Part shown: one piece after another, positions 1 to 11,615 of the stretch
Layout: each line of letters opens with the position of its first letter
Position numbering within the stretch: the first letter of the stretch is position 1
DNA from: Raillietiella orientalis
Taxonomy: Eukaryota
DNA: 64,000 nucleotides
Assembly (NCBI GenBank): GCA_036172245.1
Contig: JAYWIR010000019.1
Span: 186,001 to 250,000, forward strand
Reading direction: 5' to 3'
Notes under the pieces: generated by a model
The model's input: only the letters and a program-made list of their open reading frames with translations
The model's database searches: none
Told to the model about the DNA's origin: nothing
Translations under genes and position numbers: made by a program

Positions 1-873
1 CCAACGTGAAAAAGGGAAGAGCGAAACTTCGCACCGAGAGAACCTCGAGGAGAGCACGCCTCCTTAGAGCATGCGCAGCCTCCTTGAAAAAAAAAAAAAA
101 AAAGGCAAATAAATCTAAAGACAAAGAGAATCTAAATCAAGTCATTTAAATGCAGTCTTCGAATGGGGAAAGGGGATGATGGTCAGGGCAAAAGGGAAAT
201 GCGCCATCGACTGTAGAGTCGTACAGTCGCAAATCTGGTCGTTATCCACTTACGTCGGACTTTTTGGTGCTACGCTGATTGATTGCTTCTCCAGCTTCTC
301 TTGCTCTAAGAAAACCTGCCCACTTAACAGGAGGGAAGTCCATTGCAGGGAAGCTGTATGGGCTTCGCTTGCGTATTCACAATGTTGAGGATCCAAGGTG
401 TGTTTGCAAACTTTCTACTTCCAAAAATTCCCAACATGATGAAAGACCTCAGCACGAAGAAGAAAAAAAGAAACCGCTGCGAGAAGTAGATGGGACTTCT
501 TCTAAAGTGTTCGACAGTTATTTCTGAAAGATTCTCGAAAGCACGCTGAAAACCACACACACACACAGGAAATTTTCTGGTAAAAAACGTAAGAAGGTAT
601 TGCATTCATTAATATGGAGATTATTTTCCCGGTGAAGACTCCAGGCTGTGTCGAACGCAGACACCGTGCATCACTGCGGAAGCAGCGCGACTTTTTTTGT
701 TGCATTCCCTCCCCCGCCCCCCAGTCTCGAACTGAATTTGAAAAATGGGTCTTTCCTCCCTGCCCCCCCCCCCCCCCTCCCGATTAATTCCTCGTTGGGA
801 GATGCTCGGGGATCATCACCCCACGCCGATCTGCCCGAGTGCTCCCTCCCGGACTCCGCTGTCATCCTTCCGT

Positions 874-874
<1 letters not shown>

Positions 875-910
<36 letters not shown>
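875..910 (+). repeat. (CAG)12 trinucleotide microsatellite upstream of the RFX CDS
   Basis: Direct reading of the sequence. Confidence 0.97.
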
Positions 911-911
<1 letters not shown>

Positions 912-1132
912 TCTTCTTTGCCTCGTCTCTCCACGTGGCCATGACCATGCAAATAATCAGATCGTGGGTGTGTCCTTGTGAAAATTTAGGAACGCCGTTT
1001 TCCTGGATTACGTACTCGCCCTTGCATCACCGCAGCTGCACTCCCGTGGACCGGTGAGATGTGTCCTCACCGGACACTCTATTTAGCGCGACAAATAACG
1101 AAGGAACCATGGCTGATTGTATTCCGAGCCAC

Positions 1133-1146
1133 GTTGCTATGGATAC
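1133..1146 (-). promoter_or_regulatory. X-box (RFX-binding motif), perfect consensus match
   Basis: GTTGCTATGGATAC; the reverse complement GTATCCATAGCAAC fits GTHNYY-AT-RRNAAC. It lies in a CpG-rich stretch upstream of the RFX CDS. Confidence 0.6.
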
Positions 1147-4100
1147 GGTTGGAGTTGCTGTTTTGCTACCGTAAACGTGTATAATGCGGATGATTATATA
1201 CCAAAAAAAAAAAAAAAAAACACGAATCATATTAAAACTCGAACGACGCGAATTGTAACCTTCCAAGCTCATCAGAAAGTCTCCACAAAAAAAGGTACGA
1301 ACTTTTTTGGTGTTGGTTGGTAATCGGAACAAGCGAAAGCCTTAATAACGCCAGTGTACGGCAGTTTTGGTTGTGGGCATTTGAGGTGACTCTGCCATTC
1401 GTACACAGAAAGACACTATTGTTAGAAATGTAGTCTGTGGTTGCATATTTGTATTTATACCTAACACCACTGCAGTAAATGCAGGTAGTGTAGCATTTCT
1501 GGAGGCAGTAGAACGCTCTGAGCACAAAGACACTTGGTGACTGTGTAGGTGAAACTCGAATTCGGAATCGAATGAATTTCGTGAGTTCGTGATGGTAAGG
1601 AAAAGTGAAACTGCTAGAATTAAGTGTCTTGCTGAGTGTTCTCGTGTAAAGTTATCCTTAACTGCACGGCGTGTGTTCTTGTGCGGTAGGGGTGTACAAT
1701 GAATGCATCATTGAACTGGTGGCATTAAGTTCACCATGCATTTAGGTCAGTTGGGTGGTAATGTATTATTTTTCAAGTTTCAGAGTTAAAAGTCAAGTAA
1801 GTAAGTTGTTTAAGTTATTTACCAGCACGTTGTTAATGAGCAGGTAAAGCTTTCATGTGGTCATTATGAAGAGAGAACTTGTTAGAGTAATTTTTTTTTA
1901 TTTTTTTTTTATTTTTTTAGATACTGCAAGCGTTATATAACCATAATTCCAATTCTTTGAGTTGCGCTTCAGTTGAAATGTTTTCTGAGTGATACAGATC
2001 TAGGTGTTCATCACTACGCGATGCAATTCTTGTTGATACAATATTTGTGTGCCCAAATCAAAAAAAAACAAAAAAAAAAAAAAATGTGCATCATCAAGTA
2101 AATGTTTGCCAAGTAAATGTTTGCCCACAGTGGTGCTTTGAATGCATCGGAATAATTCCTTTTCAAGTTCTTTAACTGTAAATGTAATTATTTCATTGAT
2201 TTTTCATGTAACCATTGTGTGGATTTGTGTTCCATTGAAATTGAATGTATGTGTGAAAATCTTGTCATGAAGCAGTAAGAATTCGCAGTTTACTTGGAAT
2301 GATTTGTGCAGAGAACCGAATAAGGATGCTGGATGAATTTACCCGGATGATTGTGGTGGTGATGGTTTTGTTTTTTATGCTGGTGTCTTTATATTTATTA
2401 CTTTAGTGGAATGAGATATTATTCTAGATAAATATATTATATAGATATATATATAGATAATATAGATAAATATATATATAGACAATCTCTCAATTTTTTG
2501 TTCACAGACCATGTTTGGCACCTCAATCTTCAAGCATCAACGAATTATTTTTTTGGATGATCACAATTTTATTCATCCCACTTTAATGTAGCGAATATAT
2601 AATGCATAGGGTATTTAGGAACTTCACTCAGTCACTGACAAAGAGATTTCTTGTATAAATAGCATGTTGGTCTGTTAAGACTAGTGAAAACTATCTAGTG
2701 AAAACATGTCCACTAATTATAACGTAACAGGAAAATAAGATTAATACTATGAAGCACTTGTAACAAATATGAAAACTAGTGTGTGTAAGGATATCAGAGA
2801 TATGTTTGTATTGATAAATTGCATCATTCTTTTCAAAAGTTTGGGATACTGTCTATTAATAATACACTTGAAAGCAATGTGAGAACTTTAAGTAATGTTA
2901 TGTATTCATGGTTGTAAGCATGTTTGTTTAAAAGTGGATGCAGCAACAGTGCCTGGTTGGCAGAATATATCTTTTCCCATCCGCTTCATATTAGCTGCTC
3001 ACCATAGCATTTTGAAGCTCGAAATTAAAATAAAATTCTCCAGAGTGTTTATACCTCAAACCAAGAATTTTACCTAACATTAGTAGTAATGGAGTTTGTT
3101 TGTGTTCAGTATTATGTTTTCAAGCCTTGCATGCTTTGAGATGTAAGAAATTCATTAGATGTTAGCTATTGTGATAGGAGTTCTGCAGACAAGAATTAAA
3201 GGTGTCCAGAGTTCCAAACGTATGTCCCAGAGGTGCTAATGTACACCTCAGGGGCTGCTGGAAAATGGCTGCACTTTTGCAGATTTTGAAGTGTTACCAA
3301 TCCTTGTTGTGTTGGACAAAGCATCCGAATGTCAATCAAATATCTTTGCTCCTAATATGGGGGGAAATTTCCAGAAAGTGTAAGCATTGTTTCAAAAATT
3401 CGAAAACATGACCCTGTGAGTTTTCCCGTTTTTCCAAAGATTTTAAGCCATTGGAAAGCATGTTACTGTGCGCAAAATAATAAGTAATTGTGTAGTGTGC
3501 CATTGTAATGCCTTACAGTGGTATGATTCAATACTGTATACAGAAAGTGATGTATCCTGACGTCCTTTGTTTTTTTCTGGAACTTATGAAGACTTGAATG
3601 AAAGGTGCGTTCCTCGAAAGGCAAAAAGAAAAACAAACATTGGCAGTAAATTTGCAGTGACTGCATCATCATGCGTTCGTACAAATTTTGTTGTGTGTGT
3701 ATGTTAAATGGGTATTTTTCAAACTCAAAGGTTTGACAGTGACTTGATGGAACGGTTCACATGTGGTAATTTTAGGAAAAGGAAAAAGCAGCTCAGTTCG
3801 TGTTGTTTCATTTTTTTTTTTTTTTCCATCTCTTTTCGTTGCCGTTTTTTCTTTAAGCGTTGATGTAGTTCGGTCGGGAGAGAAGCTGCAGCGCTTTTCA
3901 GTGGTACTCGAACACGTTAGTTGTCGCCATTCTTTATCTTGGGGCCTTAAAATGTTTCGATGAACGTGCATAGTTCGAACCGTTCGTTTCATCCGAGGCC
4001 CCCGTGATTTACGAGAATTGACAAATAGTCGGTGTGTAAAATCAGAAATACGTGCAAAGGGGTGAGTTCAGTGTTCCTGGGCACGGACCACGTCTGAGGG

Positions 4101-4582
4101 CGTGTAAAACCTCCGGAAGCAGCAAATGCTGTGAATATCAAATGTCCTCCCTTCATTGCAGTGTGGGGTGTTCGAAAGACCGGCGTGCAGTAGTGAGTGG
4201 GCCTTATGGTTAGCGTATCTATCACGGTAGCTTCACAAGTTGGTTCTCTCTTCCAGTGCAACTGAAAGTACAAGGTGTTTGTTAAGTGTATCCATTCTGG
4301 ACACATGTCTCTATCGTTTTCTCGATCAGGAGGAGGAGGATTTTCATTTCGTGGGTGCAGTACCAGAGATGCCAGGGTTTCACAGCGAAAGCTACCTTCT
4401 CGAGTTCTTGGAAAGCAGAGCGGTTTTTATTTGTTTGCTTGTTTTTGATTTTCCTCCCCCCCCCCCTCCCGGACCATCTGTGCATTCTGTGCCGGTCACA
4501 TCCCTCGTGTTACCTGTCTGACGAAAGTCAGGCACCTCGAGTTCCCGAAAATTCTGCTGGACGCGGGGGGCAGCCAACAACG

Positions 4583-4583
<1 letters not shown>

Positions 4584-4616
<33 letters not shown>
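4584..4616 (+). repeat. (TG)n dinucleotide microsatellite
   Basis: Direct reading of the sequence. Confidence 0.95.
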
Positions 4617-4618
<2 letters not shown>

Positions 4619-5005
4619 CGTTCCGAGGTTTGCTTCCTTCCGCCGCCAGGATCACCGTAACGCTTGACTGTCCATCCACAAGCGGTTCCCTGGTCCACAC
4701 GGCCTGTGGAAAATGGGGAATCAGCGGAACCTGGTCGCCGGATGGAACCAAGTTCTAGGAACGCATCACGTTGGCATCGGAAGGGAAGCACATCGGTCTG
4801 GCTCGCGTGCGAGGGGAAAATTAAGTGAATATTATGTAATATATGTATTTTTTTTTTCTTTTTCCTTTTTTTTGAAATTTCGTGCGGTTCGAATCGGAAA
4901 ATGCGGTGGTGTCCGAATTTGTGCTTCGGCGGTGACCGTTTTCGCCATGTAGCAGCACCCAGCTAATCATGGTTACCAGAAAACTTGAGTTGTGTAATGT
5001 GCCGT

Positions 5006-5019
5006 GTAACCATGGATAC
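5006..5019. promoter_or_regulatory. X-box-like motif (one mismatch)
   Basis: GTAACCATGGATAC, near-palindromic, ~500 bp upstream of the RFX ATG at the edge of a CpG-rich segment. Confidence 0.45.
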
Positions 5020-5344
5020 GAATGCAAACATTTGCTGCTTACGATAATCTGTATTTTAAGTCGTGTACATCGTTGAGCGAATTAAGCGTGGAGAATTAGT
5101 AGAAAAGAAAAAAAAAAAAGTTTCCTGCAAGTAATCGTAAGGTGTCCTTTCTATATGTGAATTTTATGTATCATTAGAGATTTTGATTTTGCCCAGTGAT
5201 TTTTTCGATTCCTAGTGGATCAGGTCATAAGTTAGGTCGTAAATATTGATATGCATAAGCGAGCAGGATACATGCGCAGAAAGGCTGCATATTTCTTGGA
5301 AAACTGAACTTTATGTTTTGGTTTCGGTTGGGAAGGGGGGGGAG

Positions 5345-5379
<35 letters not shown>

Positions 5380-5514
5380 TCGATAGTGAATTTTATGTTT
5401 TTAGTGATATCTATAGAATAATTGAATGATTTGTGTTCAACTCTTTTCAGAGTAAAGTATGATTTTCTTGGCCAAGATCCTTCGAAGCCCTGCTTGATGG
5501 TGCAATAACGAAGG

Positions 5515-8389
5515 ATGCCTTCATCTTCTAATGACCACCTAACTTCTTCCATGCCAAATATCGTGACAGCAAGAAACGGTCACATGGTTGCGTCCTTGAG
5601 AAAGAAGGGACGAGTAAGGATATTCTATCTTTAGTATATGTCTAATGAAAAGATTAATCAGTTTGTCAGCAATTTTTGTAATGTGAAACAAAATGCATTC
5701 ATACCTTAACTGCTGTTTCTCTCAGTCTGTATCAGTAGATGGGAGTAGTAATGATTCTATCTCGGAAAATAATACTCATACCAATTCTCACCTAACTGCC
5801 CAAGTAGTAGTAACTAGTTCCCAGGCTAATGGAACTACCTTGGTGGCCGGTCCTCAATACATTACTGTGCCTGCGGGTGAGTGTTTCTTGCACCTTCCCT
5901 CATTTCTTCTAACACGTGATTGAAGCTTTTAATTTTCATTTTCTTCTTACCTTGCATATTCATTGAAATGTGTGAAAGTGTAAATTAGGATGTATAAGAG
6001 TTATTTTTGTGTGTGACTTTTTATTCATTTCTTTTGTGCATACCATGCAGAAGAGTCTGCACGCTCGTACACATCTCTCACACCCGTAAACGCTGCTGTA
6101 GGTAAGCCTTGGAAACTTTATATCGCTATGGAAACTAATTGCTTATCCTTGCTTTTCGCGTGTAACATGGAGTTTAATTTTCACTGTAGTGTGTGAGGCT
6201 GAAGGACCGGGAGATGAGAATGTGCAGCCTACTTACGTGCAGTATGTTGACGGGAGTGCCGATCCTACTATTTACGCAGCTACTGCGAACGGACAAATGT
6301 AAGCGAATACCGTGTTTACTTAAGATAAAACAAGCACTTGCGATAAGTATAACTGAAAGTTGTCTCTTAGGGCATATCCGGTTTATGCTGTTGGCGGTGA
6401 CACCGCTATGTACACATCTAGTTATTATGCTGGTGGGAATTCTTACGGAGGAGGAGGACATGGTGATACGTACTTATTAGAAAGCGATGAACACGCAATG
6501 CTTACAACCGGCAGAACATCACCTTCCACGGTAAGATTTGCACGGATTTTGCGAGTAATCTCAATGCATTAGATGAATAGGATCAAGGTGTTACGTACGT
6601 TGTGCCAGAAAATGCTTCTGGTGATGACAGTACGGGAACTATTGATAGCACACATGGCACCCGTGTAAGCCCTGCTACTGTGAGTATCCTGTCCCCAGCA
6701 ACTGTAAGTATTTGTTTGACGTTTAGGTTGGTTACCTTCCTTATTCTTGTACATCTCCTCCTCCCATGCCTACCACTCCTTCCTTTAAGTCCGATCCTGA
6801 AGATTCTCAACATCTTCTCAACCAGACATGTTTCACCTTAGCTGCCCGATCCTCTCCTGCCACTGTGAGTGTTTCATTTGGATATATCTCATTCGTTCTT
6901 CATTATGCAGGTGCAATGGCTTATTGACAATTATGAGACAGCAGAAGGTGTTAGTTTGCCTCGCAGTACCCTCTACAGCCATTATCTACGGCATTGTGCT
7001 GAACATAAACTAGACCCTGTTAATGCAGCATCATTTGGCAAATTGATTCGTTCTGTATTTCTTGGGCTGCGCACAAGAAGGCTGGGCACAAGGGGCAATT
7101 CTAAATACCATTACTATGGAATCCGAGTGAAACCAGGATCCACACTCAGCCAGTTAAATGAGGAACATTTAACGAGTCGGCATGCTTCTGCTAATGGACA
7201 TAAGCGCTTCAAAGTGTCCCCATCTAATGGTTCCAAGATGTCAGACAATAATTTCGAGAGTGCCAACCTTGCTGCTACAGTAGAAGCAACTTCTGTAAGG
7301 CAAAAAAGCTTTTCAGAAGATACCAACAAGTTTTGTTTTAGTTTTTGGGTGACGTAAACAGTGTATTGGCAGTATTCCCAGCACTAACTTTGGAACATGA
7401 TGTGTTGCCTGAAGGAATTACAGCTGCAGACTTAGATTTACTGCATGCCCTATATTTAGAACACTGCCAAAGTTTGTTGGAAGTTGTTGCCAAACTGCAG
7501 TTTAGTCTGGTAGAGCCACTGTGGACACACTTTTGGATGAGGGAGGAGTGCGATCGCCTTCCACGCATTCACCTTCAGATTATGGCCAACATGACCTCTG
7601 TTCAGCATTTTATTCGCCAAGCTGATTATCATTTATACCAAGGCCTTGTAAGGGTGGTGCTGCCTGATGTGTTGCGACCTATCCCCTCCACCCTTACTCA
7701 ATCTATCCGTAACTTTGCCAAAGGGCTGGAAGCATGGTTGGGAGCTGCACTAGTTGGTCTTCCTGAAACTCTAGTTCAGATCAAGATGACTGCTGTGAGT
7801 GCCTTGGCACAGACATTGCGTCGGTACACAAGCCTCAACCATTTGGCACAAGCTGCACGAGCAGTGCTCACAAATAGCACTCAGATCTCACAGATGCTTG
7901 CAGACCTAAACAGAGTGGATTTCCACAATGTGCAAGAGCAGGCAGCCTGGGTGTGTGGATGCACAGCACCTTTAGTGCATCAGCTGGAAACAGAGTTCAA
8001 AGCAGCTTTGCAACAACAGCATGGTCTTGAACAGTGGGCTTCTTGGTTGCACCAAGTAGTCGATGAAGTATTGCGCCCACATCAGGACCAGTCAAGCCTT
8101 CCCCAAGCTGCACGGCATTTCCTGCTGAAATGGTCTTTCTACAGCTCCCTGGTAATCCGTGATCTCACACTACGCAGTGCTGCATCTTTTGGCTCCTTCC
8201 ATCTTATACGGCTGCTCTACGATGAGTATGTATACTACCTCATTGAACATCGAGTTGCTGCTGCCCTCGGGCAAACACCACTTCAGGCCCTGAGTGAGGT
8301 ACAAACAAAAAAAAAAGAAAAAACAAAAATTTCCCTGCTTTGCCGATTTTTACTCGTTTGTTTTGCAGCTTGTGCCGTCCTCTAATTGA
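5515..8389 (+). CDS. Rfx: RFX-family winged-helix transcription factor (RFX1/2/3, DAF-19, Drosophila Rfx type), ~722 aa if all exons are used
   Basis: Phase-consistent GT-AG exon chain: 5515-5613, 5726-5876, 6051-6101, 6190-6298, 6371-6530, 6581-6679, 6727-6864, 6911-7294, 7342-8298, 8369-8389. DBD reads [29 protein letters not shown]...[38 protein letters not shown]/dimerisation regions read [35 protein letters not shown] and [33 protein letters not shown]. The start codon and the last exon are less certain than the core. Confidence 0.96.
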
Positions 8390-8548
8390 ATATCGATCAT
8401 CCGTCCAGCATAGAAAAAGCCAGGGTCCCCTGCCTGTATCAGCTCCAATGAGCTGCCAGCCGTCCAAAGGGGCTATTTTTATATGCTCACCAAATCTCTA
8501 GTCACATCAGCCTCATCACACCAAATTTGCTGTATCACCATCAAGATT

Positions 8549-8576
<28 letters not shown>

Positions 8577-8579
<3 letters not shown>

Positions 8580-11500
8580 AGACGCTGTTGCTTGTTCTGG
8601 GGGAGGGAATATTACAGGGTACAAGTATCCTAGCTGAGTCATATGCTGGATGAAAGTCATACGCAGTGGCTCTACATAGCACTGAGCAGGAGGATTCTTG
8701 GATATTCCCAGACTGGAGGAGGATACTTGATCTCTGAGATAGTTCCACACTACAGACAGAAGAATGCTCACTTCATAGGGTGCAATATGGGGAATGATCA
8801 AAGGCAGATGGCACAGGGGGGCTGGAAGTAGTTTGGATACAGAAAGCAACTCCAAAAGGGTGCATGTTTGATAGAGCTGCTTGGAGCAATCAGAAGCATG
8901 CAACATGGTTGTGGTGGACCAGTGGGACTGAAGCACAGCCATGATAGCCCGTATTATAACACTACAGTAGCAAAAGGCAGGCTGTACTCTGGCAACCAAA
9001 TAGAGAACCTGCCAAAAGATGGGGTGAGCATCGAAAATTCTGGACACATGTAGGTCACGCTCCATGGTCACCTAAGAGGCAGGTAAGACTGCCTTAATGT
9101 GACAACCTACCTTTGCCACTTCTTCCTCAGGCCACAGCATCCCATTGTACATAACATCAGGGGAGATCAGTTGCACAAGCTGCACAGCAAGCTCAGTCAC
9201 AGCATCTTCTTGCCTCGAAGATGGGCAGCATGCCTGGAAATGTGCTTACACAAAATGTCCCAGGTAAAAGTCCATACTTGCAAGGCTGCCAGCAACAACT
9301 GGCTGTTGATTTTTGCATTCTTACTGAGTGTCACGTTGGGCTGCACACTTCTTGAATTGGTCTTGAGTGTTCCCTTGTAACAAGGTAATGATGCATTGTG
9401 CAGTTTGTTCAGGGCTCCAGCCAGTTTCTGATTTTGATCCAAAAGAGAAATAGGCGCAGGAGTAGCTTCTGCCGCAATGGAAGCACCTAACTGAATGGCC
9501 ACTTTGGGCTGAAGACATCCTGCCAACAGCAGACTTAGGCAGATGTTGCGTGCCATAGGATAATGGCCTAAGTGGGACAGGAGATGACGCACACGAACCC
9601 ACTGTCTCAGCTTATCCTCCAGCTGCTCAGTGGACAAATTGCAAAAGAAATAGCGCACTCCAGCCAAGGAAAGGAAAACCAGTTGCTGAGGCCTTAGTTG
9701 GGTGGGCAATGCCAACAATGCTAACACTTCCATGGTCTTGTGACACAAATGCTCTTTTGCAAGCAAACTACACAGGGTACACAACTTTTCATGGAGAACA
9801 CTCTGCAAGTGCGAATGCAGCAGGCCTGTATAGCTGTTCTGCCAAGACAGTAAGGTGACAAAATTGGGCAGTATATGAGGCTGAGCCTGTTTCTTGCACA
9901 ACTCTAATAAACTAGCCCCAATACACTGACTCAGAAGATCTGGATATTGCCCTTCTAAGCTGTGTAACAGCTGAATCCATAAAAACAATCGTTGATCCTT
10001 CTGCAAAAGTTGCGTCAATGCTTGCACCGCTATTTCTGCACCTTTGCAGAGAGCTAACAGTGTGATGAAACGGCATGCAAGAGCTGCTTTGACAGAATCT
10101 TCTTTGAGCAGGATTTGTAAGAGAGTGAGCTGCCACCCCAGCAGTGCATGCAGAAGTGGCACATCTGGTCCCCCTGGTCGCACACAGCTGTGCACTAAGC
10201 ACTGTAGCTCTAACAATAAGATTTCTGGAAAGCCCAGAGTCCCCTGAGTGATTATTATAAAGGTTTACCAAGGAGTAGATGGGCCCCTTTACCCACAGCA
10301 CCAGAATCAACCATCAGATCCAACAGCAGCTGGATGATGGAGCAACCAGATTCCTGACAGCTTAGTAGCAGATGCACCAGGAGTCCTGTCAAGGCATGCC
10401 AGTCTGTGAAATAAACACCCATCCACTGAGGTACCAGGGAAACCAGGACTTCCAGTGATGGCTTGGTTACTGATGATTATGATATATGATGACATCCTTT
10501 TACCTTCCTTTACTCACAAATTTCTGGTACACATGCTGATAATAACTGCAATAATGCAGTAGACATGGAAGCTAGCTGCAACAAAAAGGGAACAGTGGGT
10601 GATCGATCCAACTGACTGAAGAACAAATCAATTATCACAGTTTGCACCTCAAATCCATGACTGATGGCTAGGTGTCCCAGAATGCTAACAACAGAATTCA
10701 GCTTGGAAGATCACTAACATAATCTGTCTCCATAGCTTATGAACTCCACTTACTTGATGCTCACTGGCACTTGAATTTGTGTGTGAGCAAAATTCCTGTA
10801 GTCCAGAAGCCAACACTCGATTGATAATTATAGTAGGAAAGCAGCTTCCGAGATGGGCAATAACCCAGTCAAAATGTGGACTGCATTTGGTACCTATATC
10901 TAACAGGGGATTTGAAAACTCAACATCACTTAAAATCCACTCTACTCACCTAACATTGCATGAATGCAAGAATCAGGGTCAATATGAACAATAACAAGGA
11001 AACACTGAATTGTCAGATCCATTAGTGGTTGAATAGTGGGGCACCTCATCCAAAATGACAAAATTTCATTTAGACTACCACTTGAGGGGAGTAGGCCAGT
11101 CCATCCTCCATATTTATTTGACAGTTGCCCTTCAAAAATTTTTCAATAAGCATGGTTGAAGTTTAAAAGTTGTAGTTAAATACACAATACCTAGGAGATT
11201 TAATGCCCATTTGCACAAAATGGGAGCCCACACATCCTTGCGATGAGCTAGCAAAGTGTTGAGCTTGTGGAAAAGTTCTTCAATTATTTTTTCTTCAATC
11301 TGGATACCATCTTCTTCCTTTCTTCTCCTATCGCTCTGAAGGGAAACGTTCACACAAATTACACCAAGAACAAACCTGAAGCCCGCTGAGCCATTTTTCC
11401 ACCGACAAATCAAACACATACTGAAAATATTCGAGCACGGCATCAGATGCAGCCGGGATTAGGCTTAGTATTTTGATTGCCTGGTACGAGACTTCAACGT

Positions 11501-11615
11501 AATTTGCACTTTTGTTTGATTTCGATGCACTCGAGCTTGACAGGATCAACATCGCGCCCTTGAGAAAACTCTTCAAATCGGATGCCACCTCTTTTTCTAT
11601 CAGTGGAGGAGCCAT
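8577..11615 (-). CDS. INTS5: Integrator complex subunit 5 (multi-exon)
   Basis: ATG at 11615. Exons 11376-11615, 11191-11335, 10950-11129 and 10754-10899, then further exons down to the stop at 8577. Translation shows INTS5-like segments WAPILCKWALNLLGQLS, LNEILSFWMRCP, SPHFDWVIAHLGSCFP, SVVSILGHLA, TVPFLLQLASMS and C-terminal ERDLHVSRIFDAHPIFWQVL...PAFCYCSVIIRA. Internal 3' exon boundaries were not all resolved. Confidence 0.92.

Noticed and set aside
839..1057. Poly-Q/poly-S/poly-A ORFs over the CAG repeat as an RFX N-terminus
   Set aside because: No supported in-frame splice to the RFX exons was found; the ORFs are by-products of the repeat.
1051..1073. 8-bp hairpin CCGGTGAG...CTCACCGG as a terminator or ncRNA
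   Set aside because: No U-tract, eukaryotic context, and a stem this short is expected by chance.
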